64,000 nucleotides of DNA from Bacteroidales bacterium. Its GTDB lineage: Bacteria > Bacteroidota > Bacteroidia > Bacteroidales > FEN-979. Shown here piece by piece: positions 25,545 through 35,645 of the stretch. The notes beneath the pieces were generated by a model that was given only the letters and a program-made list of their open reading frames with translations, had not been told where the DNA came from and made no database searches. Both the position numbers and the translations under genes were made by a program. How positions within the stretch are numbered: position 1 is the stretch's first letter; every line of letters starts with the position of its first letter. Location: NCBI GenBank assembly GCA_017882335.1, contig JADGPR010000004.1, forward strand, positions 24,688 through 88,687. The letters run 5' to 3'.

Positions 25545-28013
25545 ATGAAGATCTCCTATAATTGGTTAAAGGAATATGTTTCAGGCATTCCGGAGCCGGC
25601 AAAAGTGGCTGAAATCCTCACCGGTTGCGGGCTGGAGGTTGAGGGTACGGAGACCTGGTCTTCGGTGAAAGGCGGGCTCAAAGGAGTTGTGATCGGTGAA
25701 GTGCTGACCTGTATGAAACATCCGGGTTCCGATCACCTGAGTCTTACCACGGTGAATGTTGGCTTAGATGAACCATTAAAGATCGTTTGTGGGGCATCCA
25801 ATGTGGCAGCCGGTCAGAAAGTTGCTGTGGCTACCATAGGAACGACTCTCTCTTTTAATGAAAAGGAGATCACCATTCAACGGACTAAAATTCGCGGGGA
25901 ACTTTCGGAAGGGATGATCTGCGCAGAAGATGAACTTGGTATCGGAAACTCCCATGCCGGTATTATGGTGTTGGATCCTGCAGCAGTTCCAGGAACTCTT
26001 GCAAAGGATTACTTCAAGGTTGAAGAAGATACTGTTTTTGAAATCGGCCTGACACCAAACCGGTCGGATGCCACATCTCACATTGGCGTGGCAAGGGATC
26101 TTACTGCCGTGCTGAACTGCATGCCCGGAAATACCCATCCGGGATCTGTTGTCATGAAATACCCTGATACCGGTGATTTCAACGATTCAAAACACGGCCG
26201 GAAAATCGAGGTGGTGATTGAAGATGCAGAAGCTTGCCCCAGGTATTCAGGATTGACTTTTACCGGCATTACTGTGAAGGAATCACCATCCTGGCTGAAA
26301 AACAGGCTCAATTCAGTTGGTCTTCGCCCGATCAATAACATCGTTGATATCACCAACTTCATCCTGATGGAACTGGGTCAACCATTGCATGCATTCGATG
26401 CCGACCAGGTCAAAGGAGATAAAGTAATTATTAAAAAATTCCCGGGATCGAAGAAGTTTATCACCCTGGATGAAGTGGAACGGGAAGTTACCGGGCAGGA
26501 TCTGATGATCTGCAATTCCGAAACCCCTATGTGCATAGCTGGCGTTTTTGGCGGAATGAATTCGGGTGTTACTTCAGCCACTACCTCGGTGTTCCTGGAG
26601 AGCGCATTTTTCAACCCACGCAGCATCCGGAAAACGGCACGGTACCATGGACTGCAAACGGATGCTTCTTTCCGGTTTGAACGCGGAGCTGATATCAACA
26701 TCACAGTTTATGCACTCAAGAGGGCAGCTTCGCTGATCCGGGAAATCGCCGGAGGTGAGATCGCAAGCGGAATTGTGGATGTTTACCCGCACCCCAAGGA
26801 ACCTACACTTATTTTCTTGTCATTTGCGCATCTTGACCGCCTCATCGGGAAAATACTTGACAGGGAAATCGTAAAAAATATTCTTTCATCCTTGGGAATT
26901 AACGTTCTTTCTACTTCAGATGAGGGCTTGAAAATGGAGATTCCTTCCTATAAGATTGATGTAACCAGGGAAGCTGATGTGATCGAAGAGATCCTGCGAA
27001 TTTACGGGTACAACAACATTGAGTTCTCCTCGGCGATCCGTTCCTCTATCTCCTATTCTCCCAAACCGGACCCTGAAAAAATAAAGAACGGGATTTCGGA
27101 TTATCTCTGTGCAAATGGCTTCAGCGAGATCATGAACAATTCACTGACGCGTTCATCCTATTACGAAGGCAATCCTGCTTATCCTGTCGAACATAATGTC
27201 AGGATCCTGAATCCCCTCAGCAGGGATCTGGATGTAATGCGCCAGACACTGCTTTACGGAGGACTTGAGACCCTTGTGTATAACCAGAACCGGAAAATCG
27301 CCGACTGTAAATTGTTTGAATTCGGAAATTGTTACGCACTTTATCCCAATCCAAAGGATAAAACCCCGCTTGATAAGTACAAGGAGGAAGACCATCTGGC
27401 CGTTTTTCTGACAGGAAGGGCGCAGAAAGAAAACTGGAACGCATCAAGCCGGAAAGTTGACCTCTATGATTTAAAAGGTTTTGTAAATACGATTCTTCTT
27501 CGTGCCGGTATTCCTTCTTCCTCATTGGAAACTGGTTCCGACACTTCCGAAATTTTCAGCCAGGGCCTGGCGTACACGATGGGGAACGGAACATTAGTCA
27601 CCCTGGGCGCTCTTTCCCAGGCATTGTTGAAAAAATTTGATTTCCGGCAGGATGTTTTTTATGCAGATTTCAACTGGAGCCTCCTATTTAGTAACCTGAA
27701 AGCCGGTGATAAACCCGTTGCCGAACTGCCGAAATTCCCGGAAGTTCGCAGGGACCTTGCATTGCTGCTGGATCATTCTGTTTTGTATGCTGAGATAGAG
27801 AAACTGGCCTTTGCAACCGAAAAGAAGGTACTGAAGGAAGTCGGGTTGTTTGACGTATATGAAGGGGAAAAGATAGAAGTTGGTAAAAAATCCTATGCTT
27901 TGTATTTTATCTTACAGGATGATCAGAAAACTCTCACAGATGAAGAGATCGATAAAGTCATGAACCGGTTGATCAAGGTTTATACGGAAAGATTAAATGC
28001 ACGGGTCAGGTAA
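25545..28013 (+). CDS. pheT: Phenylalanine-tRNA ligase beta subunit
   Basis: 822 aa beginning MKISYNWLKEY, with a tRNA-binding domain and B3/4, B5 and C-terminal FDX-ACB-like segments. Confidence 0.95.
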   Translation: MKISYNWLKEYVSGIPEPAKVAEILTGCGLEVEGTETWSSVKGGLKGVVIGEVLTCMKHPGSDHLSLTTVNVGLDEPLKIVCGASNVAAGQKVAVATIGTTLSFNEKEITIQRTKIRGELSEGMICAEDELGIGNSHAGIMVLDPAAVPGTLAKDYFKVEEDTVFEIGLTPNRSDATSHIGVARDLTAVLNCMPGNTHPGSVVMKYPDTGDFNDSKHGRKIEVVIEDAEACPRYSGLTFTGITVKESPSWLKNRLNSVGLRPINNIVDITNFILMELGQPLHAFDADQVKGDKVIIKKFPGSKKFITLDEVEREVTGQDLMICNSETPMCIAGVFGGMNSGVTSATTSVFLESAFFNPRSIRKTARYHGLQTDASFRFERGADINITVYALKRAASLIREIAGGEIASGIVDVYPHPKEPTLIFLSFAHLDRLIGKILDREIVKNILSSLGINVLSTSDEGLKMEIPSYKIDVTREADVIEEILRIYGYNNIEFSSAIRSSISYSPKPDPEKIKNGISDYLCANGFSEIMNNSLTRSSYYEGNPAYPVEHNVRILNPLSRDLDVMRQTLLYGGLETLVYNQNRKIADCKLFEFGNCYALYPNPKDKTPLDKYKEEDHLAVFLTGRAQKENWNASSRKVDLYDLKGFVNTILLRAGIPSSSLETGSDTSEIFSQGLAYTMGNGTLVTLGALSQALLKKFDFRQDVFYADFNWSLLFSNLKAGDKPVAELPKFPEVRRDLALLLDHSVLYAEIEKLAFATEKKVLKEVGLFDVYEGEKIEVGKKSYALYFILQDDQKTLTDEEIDKVMNRLIKVYTERLNARVR

Positions 28014-28016
28014 AAA

Positions 28017-29705
28017 GTGAATCATAAACAACTAAAAATAATTTACAGGATGGAAAAAGAAATTACGCGGTATTCCGTCAGCCCTTCCGGGGAAAAATTC
28101 AGGGTGCCTAAAAAACAGGATTATGATAAAGAACTGAAACGGATAAATGATCTGGTGGGCAAAGCCAGGACAGAAAAGAAAGAAATCGTTGTCGTGATGG
28201 GGCTTGGTTTTGTTGGTGCCGTGATGGCAGCCATTGTTGCCGACACGAAAGACAAGAAAGGAAAACATTCCAAATTAGTGATCGGATGCCAGCGGCCGAG
28301 TGCCCGGAGCTACTGGAAAATCCCTATGATCAACCAGGGGCTAAGCCCGGTCAAGGCAGAAGATCCCGAAGTGGGCCAGCTTATACAGAACTGCGTCAAA
28401 AAATCAAAAACGCTTGTCGCAACCTATAACAGCGATGTTCTGCAGTTTGCCGATTGTGTTGTGGTGGATGTACAATGCGATTTTTCAAAGAAAGAAGTTG
28501 GGAATATGAAGTCCGGAACCGCCGATATGGCAGCACTGGAAGATACTATACGTACGATCGGCGAGAAAATCCTACCCGAATGCCTGGTTTTGATCGAAAC
28601 CACGGTGGCACCAGGAACCACGGAATTTGTTGCGTGGCCGATCCTGAAAAAAGCATTTGTGAAAAGAGGGATCCATCAGATTCCATTGCTGGCCCATAGT
28701 TTCGAACGGGTGATGCCTGGAAAGCAATATGTTGCATCCATCCGGGATTTCTGGCGCGTATGCTCGGGTTGCGAAGAAATTGCCAAGAAACGTGTGGAGA
28801 AATTTCTTCACGAGGTGCTGAATACGAAGGATTTTCCGCTAACGGTGATGGACCGGCCCATTGAATCGGAAACCACCAAGATCGTGGAAAATTCGTACCG
28901 TGCAACCATCCTCGCTTTTCTGAATGAATGGAGCCTTTTTGCGGAACGAAACGGTGTTGACCTGATCAAGGTGATCAATGCGATCAAGATGCGCCCCACG
29001 CATAGCAATATGATCTTTCCTGGCCCCGGAATCGGGGGATATTGTTTGCCCAAAGATGGCGGGCTGGGATATTGGGCATACAAGCACATTCTCGGCTTTG
29101 AAGATGGGGATAAAATATTCCAGATCACACCCGTTGCGATTGATATCAACGATACCCGGGCACTGCATGTTGCTGAGCTCACACGCGATGCCTTGCGCAA
29201 CATGGGCCGGTACATTGCCGGCGCGGAGGTGCTGCTTTGCGGTGCCAGCTACCGGCAGGATGTGGGCGATACCCGTTACAGCGGAAGTGAAATGGTGGTG
29301 CGTAAACTGACAGAGATGAGTGCCGAGATCCGGATCCATGATCCTTATGTGGATCATTGGTACGAACTTGAAGACCAGGATGAATATCCTGCACCGGGAC
29401 ATTCATGGAAACGCTTTTTCAGGAACCAGGAACAGCTTAAGAATACAATTGTTCAGAAGGACTTGAAAAAAACAATAAAAGGCGTTGAAGCCTTGATCCT
29501 GGCAGTTCCGCATGCCCCTTACTTAAAGCTGAAACCGGAGGATATCGTAAATTGGGCAGGAGGGCCGATTGCCGTCATTGATGCATATGGCATTCTTACC
29601 GATGAACAGATCCGGGCTTATTTCAGGTTGGGATGTGAAGTAAAAGCCCTTGGAAGAGGACATCTTGCGAGGCTCAAGCGGGAAGTGAAGGAGAAGGGGA
29701 AGTAA
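28017..29705 (+). CDS. UDP-glucose/GDP-mannose dehydrogenase-family nucleotide-sugar dehydrogenase, unusually long
   Basis: 562 aa from a GTG start (alternative ATG at 28050). The Rossmann motif VVVMGLGFVGAVMA begins at about residue 58 and the catalytic-Cys motif GIGGYCLPKD is at about residue 343. Confidence 0.8.
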   Translation: MNHKQLKIIYRMEKEITRYSVSPSGEKFRVPKKQDYDKELKRINDLVGKARTEKKEIVVVMGLGFVGAVMAAIVADTKDKKGKHSKLVIGCQRPSARSYWKIPMINQGLSPVKAEDPEVGQLIQNCVKKSKTLVATYNSDVLQFADCVVVDVQCDFSKKEVGNMKSGTADMAALEDTIRTIGEKILPECLVLIETTVAPGTTEFVAWPILKKAFVKRGIHQIPLLAHSFERVMPGKQYVASIRDFWRVCSGCEEIAKKRVEKFLHEVLNTKDFPLTVMDRPIESETTKIVENSYRATILAFLNEWSLFAERNGVDLIKVINAIKMRPTHSNMIFPGPGIGGYCLPKDGGLGYWAYKHILGFEDGDKIFQITPVAIDINDTRALHVAELTRDALRNMGRYIAGAEVLLCGASYRQDVGDTRYSGSEMVVRKLTEMSAEIRIHDPYVDHWYELEDQDEYPAPGHSWKRFFRNQEQLKNTIVQKDLKKTIKGVEALILAVPHAPYLKLKPEDIVNWAGGPIAVIDAYGILTDEQIRAYFRLGCEVKALGRGHLARLKREVKEKGK

Positions 29706-29741
29706 AAATTTCGTAATTTTACATCAGTCAAAATCATTCAA

Positions 29742-30962
29742 ATGGATATTCTGTCAATAAAGCAAAGGTTTGGGATCATCGGGAATTCGGTTTTACTCGA
29801 TCGGGCCATCGACATTGCAAGACAGGTAGCTACGACAGATATTACCGTACTGGTTTCCGGCGAAAGCGGGACAGGCAAGGAGTTTTTCCCCAAGATCATC
29901 CACCAGCTCAGCTCCAGGAAACACGGGCCTTACATTGCCGTGAACTGCGGGGCCATCCCTGAAGGGACCATCGATTCGGAACTTTTTGGCCATGAAAAAG
30001 GATCATTTACTGGCGCCCATGAAGCACGAAAAGGGTATTTTGAAGTGGTCAACGGGGGAACGATCTTCCTGGATGAAGTAGCCGAACTTCCGCTATCTAC
30101 GCAGGTTCGATTGCTCAGGGTTTTGGAATCCGGGGAGTTCATGCGGGTGGGTTCGTCAAAAGTCCTGAAGACCAATGTCCGGGTTGTTGGGGCTACAAAC
30201 ATCAACATCCCTGATGCCATCAACACAGGGAAATTCAGGCAGGATCTGTATTACCGTCTGAGTACGGTACCCATTTCCGTGCCGGCACTCAGGGAGAGAA
30301 AAGAAGACATCTACCTCCTCTTCCGGAAATTCGCATCCGATGCAGCGGAGAAATACCGGATGCCGGCCATCCTGTTGGATGAAGAAGGACAACGTTTGCT
30401 CACCAACTATCGCTGGCCCGGTAATATCCGGCAGTTGAAAAATATCACAGAACAGATCTCCATCATTGAGAATACACGGAACATTTCTGCCGAGACCCTT
30501 GCTAAATATATTCCCCTTCCTCAAAATAATGACCTCCCGATGCTTTACAAGGGTGATGATTCAGGGCATTTCTCTGAACGGGAATTGCTGTATAAGGTAC
30601 TGTTTGATATGCGCAAGGATGTAAATGACCTGAAACAGCTGGTCATGAACCTGATGAAAAACGAATCGGCTACTGAATCGTTTGGGGAAAATTCGCACAT
30701 CATCAAGCGCCTCTATAAGGATTTCCAGGATGTCAATGAACAACAAGAACCTATCATTGTGCATGCACCGGATAAATCCATGGACGAACCCATCCAGGAA
30801 CCGGAAGAAATAGAAGAATCACTCTCACTTGTAAAAAAAGAAATTGACTTTATCCGGAGAGCCCTTCAGAAACACGAAGGAAAAAGGAAAGATGCAGCCC
30901 GGGAACTGGGCATCTCTGAACGGACACTATACCGGAAAATCAAGGAATACGACATTGAGTAA
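29742..30962 (+). CDS. Sigma-54-dependent transcriptional activator (AAA+ plus Fis-type HTH) with no N-terminal sensory/receiver domain
   Basis: 406 aa. The AAA+ module starts within about 15 residues of the N-terminus. It has Walker A GESGTGKE, sigma-54 contact loop GSFTGA, Walker B IFLDEV and a C-terminal HTH (DAARELGISERTLYRKIKEY). Confidence 0.9.
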   Translation: MDILSIKQRFGIIGNSVLLDRAIDIARQVATTDITVLVSGESGTGKEFFPKIIHQLSSRKHGPYIAVNCGAIPEGTIDSELFGHEKGSFTGAHEARKGYFEVVNGGTIFLDEVAELPLSTQVRLLRVLESGEFMRVGSSKVLKTNVRVVGATNINIPDAINTGKFRQDLYYRLSTVPISVPALRERKEDIYLLFRKFASDAAEKYRMPAILLDEEGQRLLTNYRWPGNIRQLKNITEQISIIENTRNISAETLAKYIPLPQNNDLPMLYKGDDSGHFSERELLYKVLFDMRKDVNDLKQLVMNLMKNESATESFGENSHIIKRLYKDFQDVNEQQEPIIVHAPDKSMDEPIQEPEEIEESLSLVKKEIDFIRRALQKHEGKRKDAARELGISERTLYRKIKEYDIE

Positions 30963-31011
30963 AACCCCATTTCCAATTATTTTTTAACGATAATCATCCT
31001 AAAAATATACT

Positions 31012-31557
31012 TTGAATAGCTTATCGGACAAACCCATCAGGAAAATAGTGAACCGGATAACCTGGTACCTGTTTTTCTTTCTTCTGCTGGCCCAGAACTC
31101 CTGCAGGATGAGTTATTCTTTTACCGGAGCTTCGATCTCACCCGATGTAAAAACTGTTTCCATTCAATACTTTGCAAATAATGCATCCCTCGTAGTACCT
31201 ACCCTCAGCAGGGTTTTCACGGATGCATTAAAGGATTATTTCACCTCCCAGACAAACCTGATTCTGGTTGACAGGAACGGTGACCTGAACCTTGAAGGAG
31301 CCATCACGGGTTATTCGGTTCAGCCGATTGCAATCCAGGGAAATGAAACGGCTGCCCAAAACCGCCTGACGATCTCCGTAACAGTAAAATTCACTAATAA
31401 AAAGAACGAGAAGCAGGATTTCGAAAATAAAACTTTTAGCCGTTTCGGGGATTACAATAGTTCACTAAACCTGGCTACGGTGCAGGATCAGCTGATCAAG
31501 GATATCAACGACGCACTCATCCAGGATATCTTCAACCAGGCTGTTGTCAATTGGTGA
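31012..31557 (+). CDS. lptE: LptE-like LPS-assembly lipoprotein
   Basis: Has a lipobox-like LLAQNSC followed by YSFTGASI and ends DIFNQAVVNW, a pattern I recall for Bacteroidota LptE-family proteins. The start is uncertain: TTG at 31012, or GTG at 31048 which gives a cleaner signal peptide. Confidence 0.65.
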   Translation: MNSLSDKPIRKIVNRITWYLFFFLLLAQNSCRMSYSFTGASISPDVKTVSIQYFANNASLVVPTLSRVFTDALKDYFTSQTNLILVDRNGDLNLEGAITGYSVQPIAIQGNETAAQNRLTISVTVKFTNKKNEKQDFENKTFSRFGDYNSSLNLATVQDQLIKDINDALIQDIFNQAVVNW

Positions 31558-31560
31558 TCT

Positions 31561-32367
31561 ATGAACCGTCAGGATTTTACCGGCTATATCCAGCATCCCA
31601 ATACCCTCGATCCGGGAATGAAAGATGATCTCCGTAACCTGGCCGACCGTTATTCCTATTGTTCTTCCATCCAGGTATTGTATACCTTTCTTCTCTATAT
31701 AGCCAATGACCACGAAGTTAATTTCCAGCTGAAGAAGGCGGCGGCTTATGCGGCCAGCCGGAAAAAGCTGAAGGAACTGATGGATACGATAACGATCCTG
31801 GAAACTGCTACCGTTGATTCTCACAAGGTAATTGAAAGCGCACCGGTCGTTGCTGAAAGTAAGGGACATGAAGCCATCATTTACCAGCCGGAAAGATTAA
31901 TCCCTGAACCCGAAGAACCTGTTCTCAGCCAACCCGTAATACTCTATGAACCTACTGTAATCACTGCAAAGGATGAGCTGATGGGACGGGTAAGGAAAAG
32001 GCTTGCAGAGATTGCGGCAGAAAAACATCTTAAGGTTTCGGCAGAAAAACCTGAAGATACGCCGGCAGCCATGGAACAAACTGGAGATCTCAGAACGGAT
32101 TTCTTGTCAAAGGAAGAGATCATTGAAAAGTTTATCCGGGAAGAACCCAGGCTCACGCAACCCAAAGCCTCTTTTTTCAGGTCTTCCGAATATGCGGTGA
32201 AGAGTAATCTCGACGATACCGATATTGTTAGCGAGACCCTGGCAAGGTTATACCTGGAACAGGGAAATACCACAAAAGCCAGGATGGTTTATGAGAAATT
32301 AAGTTTGCTTTTTCCGGAAAAAAGCAGTTACTTTGCAGCCCAAATTGAAAAAACAAGCAACAAATGA
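31561..32367 (+). CDS. Hypothetical protein (acidic/low-complexity middle, TPR-like C-terminal helix pair)
   Basis: 268-aa ORF starting 4 nt after the lptE-like stop. The C-terminus is LARLYLEQGNTTKARMVYEKLSLLFPEKSSYF. I recognise no catalytic motif. Confidence 0.55.
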   Translation: MNRQDFTGYIQHPNTLDPGMKDDLRNLADRYSYCSSIQVLYTFLLYIANDHEVNFQLKKAAAYAASRKKLKELMDTITILETATVDSHKVIESAPVVAESKGHEAIIYQPERLIPEPEEPVLSQPVILYEPTVITAKDELMGRVRKRLAEIAAEKHLKVSAEKPEDTPAAMEQTGDLRTDFLSKEEIIEKFIREEPRLTQPKASFFRSSEYAVKSNLDDTDIVSETLARLYLEQGNTTKARMVYEKLSLLFPEKSSYFAAQIEKTSNK

Positions 32368-32415
32368 TCCCTTGCAGGAACAAGTCCAGATATTCATAGT
32401 TAATAGAAAAGGTTT

Positions 32416-32748
32416 ATGGGCATTTACATCTTAGTATCCGTTTTGATTCTTATCACTTGTGTCTTATTGGTTTTGATCGTCCTGGTTCAGAATTCAAAAG
32501 GAGGAGGCCTTGCTTCCAATTTCCAATCTTCCAACCAGTTTATGGGTGTCAGGAAAACCGCAGATTTCCTCGAAAAAACAACCTGGACACTGGCTGTTAT
32601 TTTACTGGTGCTGAGCCTTTTTTCCATTCTGATTATCCCGAAGAACCAGGGAGTCGTTAAAACCCAGGAAAGCGAGTTGCAAAAACAGATCAACAATACG
32701 AAAACACAGCCTTCAAAGGATTTCCAGGTACCTCCTGCCAAGAAATAA
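32416..32748 (+). CDS. secG: Preprotein translocase subunit SecG
   Basis: 110 aa with two TM helices flanking the LVQNSKGGGLAS motif typical of SecG. A strong terminator follows. Confidence 0.88.
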   Translation: MGIYILVSVLILITCVLLVLIVLVQNSKGGGLASNFQSSNQFMGVRKTADFLEKTTWTLAVILLVLSLFSILIIPKNQGVVKTQESELQKQINNTKTQPSKDFQVPPAKK

Positions 32749-32777
32749 ACAGGGATAAGGGAAGGCCCGAATTAAGG

Positions 32778-32811
32778 TGTCAGAATGTCATACTGTTCTG
32801 ACATTTTTTTT
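32778..32811 (+). terminator. Rho-independent terminator after secG
   Basis: TGTCAGAA(32778-32785), a 10-nt loop, TTCTGACA(32796-32803), then T8. Confidence 0.85.
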
Positions 32812-32941
32812 ACCACCCTTCTTTCTTCTGAAATATTGTCTCATTTCAATCCTGAAAATTCATTTGGCATAATATCTGACAGATACCGATATCAATATTC
32901 AATCGAATCTTTTTTAATGTTTAACTTAAAAATAATCGTTT

Positions 32942-33220
32942 ATGGCAAAATTGAAGATTAAACCTTTGGCTGACCGCGTTTTAATTGAACCAGACGCCGC
33001 CGAGGAAAAAACCGCAGCAGGTATTATTATCCCCGATACCGCAAAAGAAAAACCCCAGAAAGGCACTGTTGTTGCAATTGGTACTGGTAAAAAAGATGAA
33101 CCTATGACTGTGAAAGTGGGAGATTCGGTTCTGTATGGTAAATATGCCGGTACTGAACTCACCATTGGTGGGACAAACTATCTGATCATGCGCGAATCTG
33201 ATGTCGTTGCAATCGTATAA
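32942..33220 (+). CDS. groES: Co-chaperonin GroES
   Basis: 92 aa matching GroES throughout: [36 protein letters not shown]. Confidence 0.97.
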   Translation: MAKLKIKPLADRVLIEPDAAEEKTAAGIIIPDTAKEKPQKGTVVAIGTGKKDEPMTVKVGDSVLYGKYAGTELTIGGTNYLIMRESDVVAIV

Positions 33221-33265
33221 TTTTTAAGGAATCATCAAAAATCAATTCTAAAAAAGAAAGAAATT

Positions 33266-34909
33266 ATGGCAAAAGATATTATTTTCAATATTAAGGCAAG
33301 AGAAGCATTAAAGAAAGGTGTTGATGAACTTTCGAATGCCGTTAAAGTGACACTGGGACCCAGTGGACGAAATGTGATCATTGATAAGTCGTATGGTTCG
33401 CCGGTGATTACCAAAGATGGCGTTACCGTGGCAAAGGAAGTTGAACTGAGTAATCCGGCTGAGAACATGGGCGCCCAGATGGTGAAGGAAGTAGCTTCCA
33501 AAACCAGTGAACTGGCAGGCGATGGAACCACAACCGCCACCGTTCTTGCACAGGCTATTTTCACAACCGGTCTCAAGAACGTAACTGCCGGAGCCAACCC
33601 AATGGATCTGAAAAGAGGCATTGACAAAGCAGTGGCAGAAGTCATCTCTTCCCTGAAAAAACAAACGAAAAAGATCGGCGACAGCATTGAAAAGATCGAG
33701 CAGGTGGCTTCCGTTTCAGCCAACAATGATACATTCATCGGGAAGATGATAGCCGAAGCGATGACGAAAGTGAAAAAAGAAGGCGTCATCACCATCGAAG
33801 AAGCAAAAGGTATTGAAACGACTGTAAAAGTTGTTGAAGGTATGCAATTCGACCGCGGTTACATCTCTCCTTATTTTATCACGGATACTGAAAAAATGGA
33901 AGCCGTTTATGAAAATCCCTATGTCCTGATCTATGACAAAAAGATCTCGGTCATGAAGGACCTGCTTCCTCTGCTTGAGAAGGTTGTTCAAACGAGCCGT
34001 CCGCTCATCATCATCTCTGAAGATGTAGAAGGAGAAGCTCTGGCTACCCTGGTGGTAAACAAAATCCGTGGTTCGCTGAAAGTTGCTGCCATTAAGGCTC
34101 CGGGCTTTGGTGACCGGAGAAAAGAAATGCTGGAAGACATAGCAGTTCTGACCGGAGGAATGGTGATTTCCGAAGAAAAAGGTTATAAACTCGAAGATGC
34201 AACGCTTCAGTATCTGGGCGAAGCTGAAAAAATAACGATCGACAAGGACAATACAACGATTGTAAGCGGTAAGGGCAAGAAATCGGATATCGAAGGAAGG
34301 GTGAACCAGATCAAAGCACAGATTGGTACTACAACTTCCGATTATGATAAGGAAAAATTACAGGAACGCCTGGCTAAACTGGCCGGGGGAGTAGCAGTGA
34401 TCTATGTTGGTGCAGCCAGCGAAGTTGAAATGAAAGAAAAGAAAGACCGTTTTGATGATGCACTGCATGCAACACGTGCTGCTATTGAAGAAGGAATCAT
34501 CCCCGGTGGTGGTGTAGGATATATTCGTGCCATTGCTGCGATCGAAAAAATGAAAGGCGACAATGACGATGAAACAACCGGCATGATGATCATCAAAAGA
34601 GCACTGGAAGAACCGTTACGCCAGATCGTCGAAAATGCAGGTCTGGATGGCGCCGTTGTTTTACAGAAGGTGAAAGAAGGGAAAGACGATTTCGGATACA
34701 ATGCCCGTACTGAAAAATATGAGAATTTACTCAAATCCGGTGTGATTGATCCGACCAAGGTGGCCCGCGTAGCACTTGAAAACGCAGCCTCTATCGCCGG
34801 AATGTTGCTGACTACCGAATGTGTCATTGCTACCCGTAAGGAAGAAAAAGAACCCAAGATGCCTATGGGCGGTGGTGGGTACGGTGGAGGAATGGGTGAT
34901 ATGTATTAA
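33266..34909 (+). CDS. groEL: Chaperonin GroEL
   Basis: 547 aa with [25 protein letters not shown] and a Gly/Met-rich C-terminus ([13 protein letters not shown]). Confidence 0.98.
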   Translation: MAKDIIFNIKAREALKKGVDELSNAVKVTLGPSGRNVIIDKSYGSPVITKDGVTVAKEVELSNPAENMGAQMVKEVASKTSELAGDGTTTATVLAQAIFTTGLKNVTAGANPMDLKRGIDKAVAEVISSLKKQTKKIGDSIEKIEQVASVSANNDTFIGKMIAEAMTKVKKEGVITIEEAKGIETTVKVVEGMQFDRGYISPYFITDTEKMEAVYENPYVLIYDKKISVMKDLLPLLEKVVQTSRPLIIISEDVEGEALATLVVNKIRGSLKVAAIKAPGFGDRRKEMLEDIAVLTGGMVISEEKGYKLEDATLQYLGEAEKITIDKDNTTIVSGKGKKSDIEGRVNQIKAQIGTTTSDYDKEKLQERLAKLAGGVAVIYVGAASEVEMKEKKDRFDDALHATRAAIEEGIIPGGGVGYIRAIAAIEKMKGDNDDETTGMMIIKRALEEPLRQIVENAGLDGAVVLQKVKEGKDDFGYNARTEKYENLLKSGVIDPTKVARVALENAASIAGMLLTTECVIATRKEEKEPKMPMGGGGYGGGMGDMY

Positions 34910-34934
34910 TCATTTTTTTACTTTACTTGAAAAG

Positions 34935-34958
34935 ACCCCGGTTCCTCCGGGGTTTTTT
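34935..34958 (+). terminator. Rho-independent terminator after groEL
   Basis: ACCCCGG(34935-34941), loop TTCCT, CCGGGGT(34947-34953), then TTTTTGTTTG. Confidence 0.87.
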
Positions 34959-35099
34959 GTTTGTCTTAACCACTCATTTCAGTGTTCGCAGCACTGGACG
35001 GATATAAAGGCTTACCGGTTAATAAGTTCCTGCAATAAAGGCAGAAATATTTCGTAATTAATGATAATATTGTGTCCTCATTTTCCAAGAAAAGGCTGT

Positions 35100-35645
35100 A
35101 TGAACCGTATAATCAATGTTTTATTTTTCTTTCTCCTAACAGGGATTTGCTATTCACAAACAAATCCACCAGCTTCTAAACTCCCCGTTGATCCTGAAAC
35201 GAAACTGATCCAGTACAGGGAAACAGTCACCCAGGATGGAACCAAAGATGTACTCTATGACCGCGGCGCTGAATGGCTCCGTTCATACTATCTGAACCCG
35301 GGCAGTGTTACGAAAGTCCAGGATAAGGTGAACGGGAAGATCGAAGGAACCGGCCGATTGCGGCTTTATTTTTTTGATTCCAACAATACCCGGACTGACG
35401 CAGTAATGGTCTATTATGATCTTCACCTTGAATTCAAAGAGAGCAAATATCGGTATACTCTGACAAATTTTACCCTCAAAGGCACATCCAGAATCCCACT
35501 TGAAAAATGGCTGAACAAAAATGACCCTGCCTACAACCCGCAGATGGAAAACTACCTTTACCAGGTGGATACCACCATGCAGAACCTGGTTGTCAAGTTG
35601 AAAGAAGGCATGAAGCCAAAAGTGATAAAGAAAGATGAATGGTAG
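35100..35645 (+). CDS. Hypothetical secreted protein (DUF4468-like)
   Basis: The start is set at MNRIINVLFFFLLTGICYSQ (signal peptide). The mature part (LIQYRETVTQDGTKDVLYDRGAEWL...GKIEGTGRL) resembles the DUF4468 family as I recall it, but this was not searched. Confidence 0.55.
   Translation: MNRIINVLFFFLLTGICYSQTNPPASKLPVDPETKLIQYRETVTQDGTKDVLYDRGAEWLRSYYLNPGSVTKVQDKVNGKIEGTGRLRLYFFDSNNTRTDAVMVYYDLHLEFKESKYRYTLTNFTLKGTSRIPLEKWLNKNDPAYNPQMENYLYQVDTTMQNLVVKLKEGMKPKVIKKDEW

Noticed and set aside
32865-32880. Sigma-54-like sequence TGGCATAATATCTGAC upstream of groES, tempting because a sigma-54 activator is encoded 2 kb upstream.
   Set aside because: The -12 element is missing. With GG fixed at -24, the position that should be GC reads TG/GA. 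Only the TGGCA half matches.
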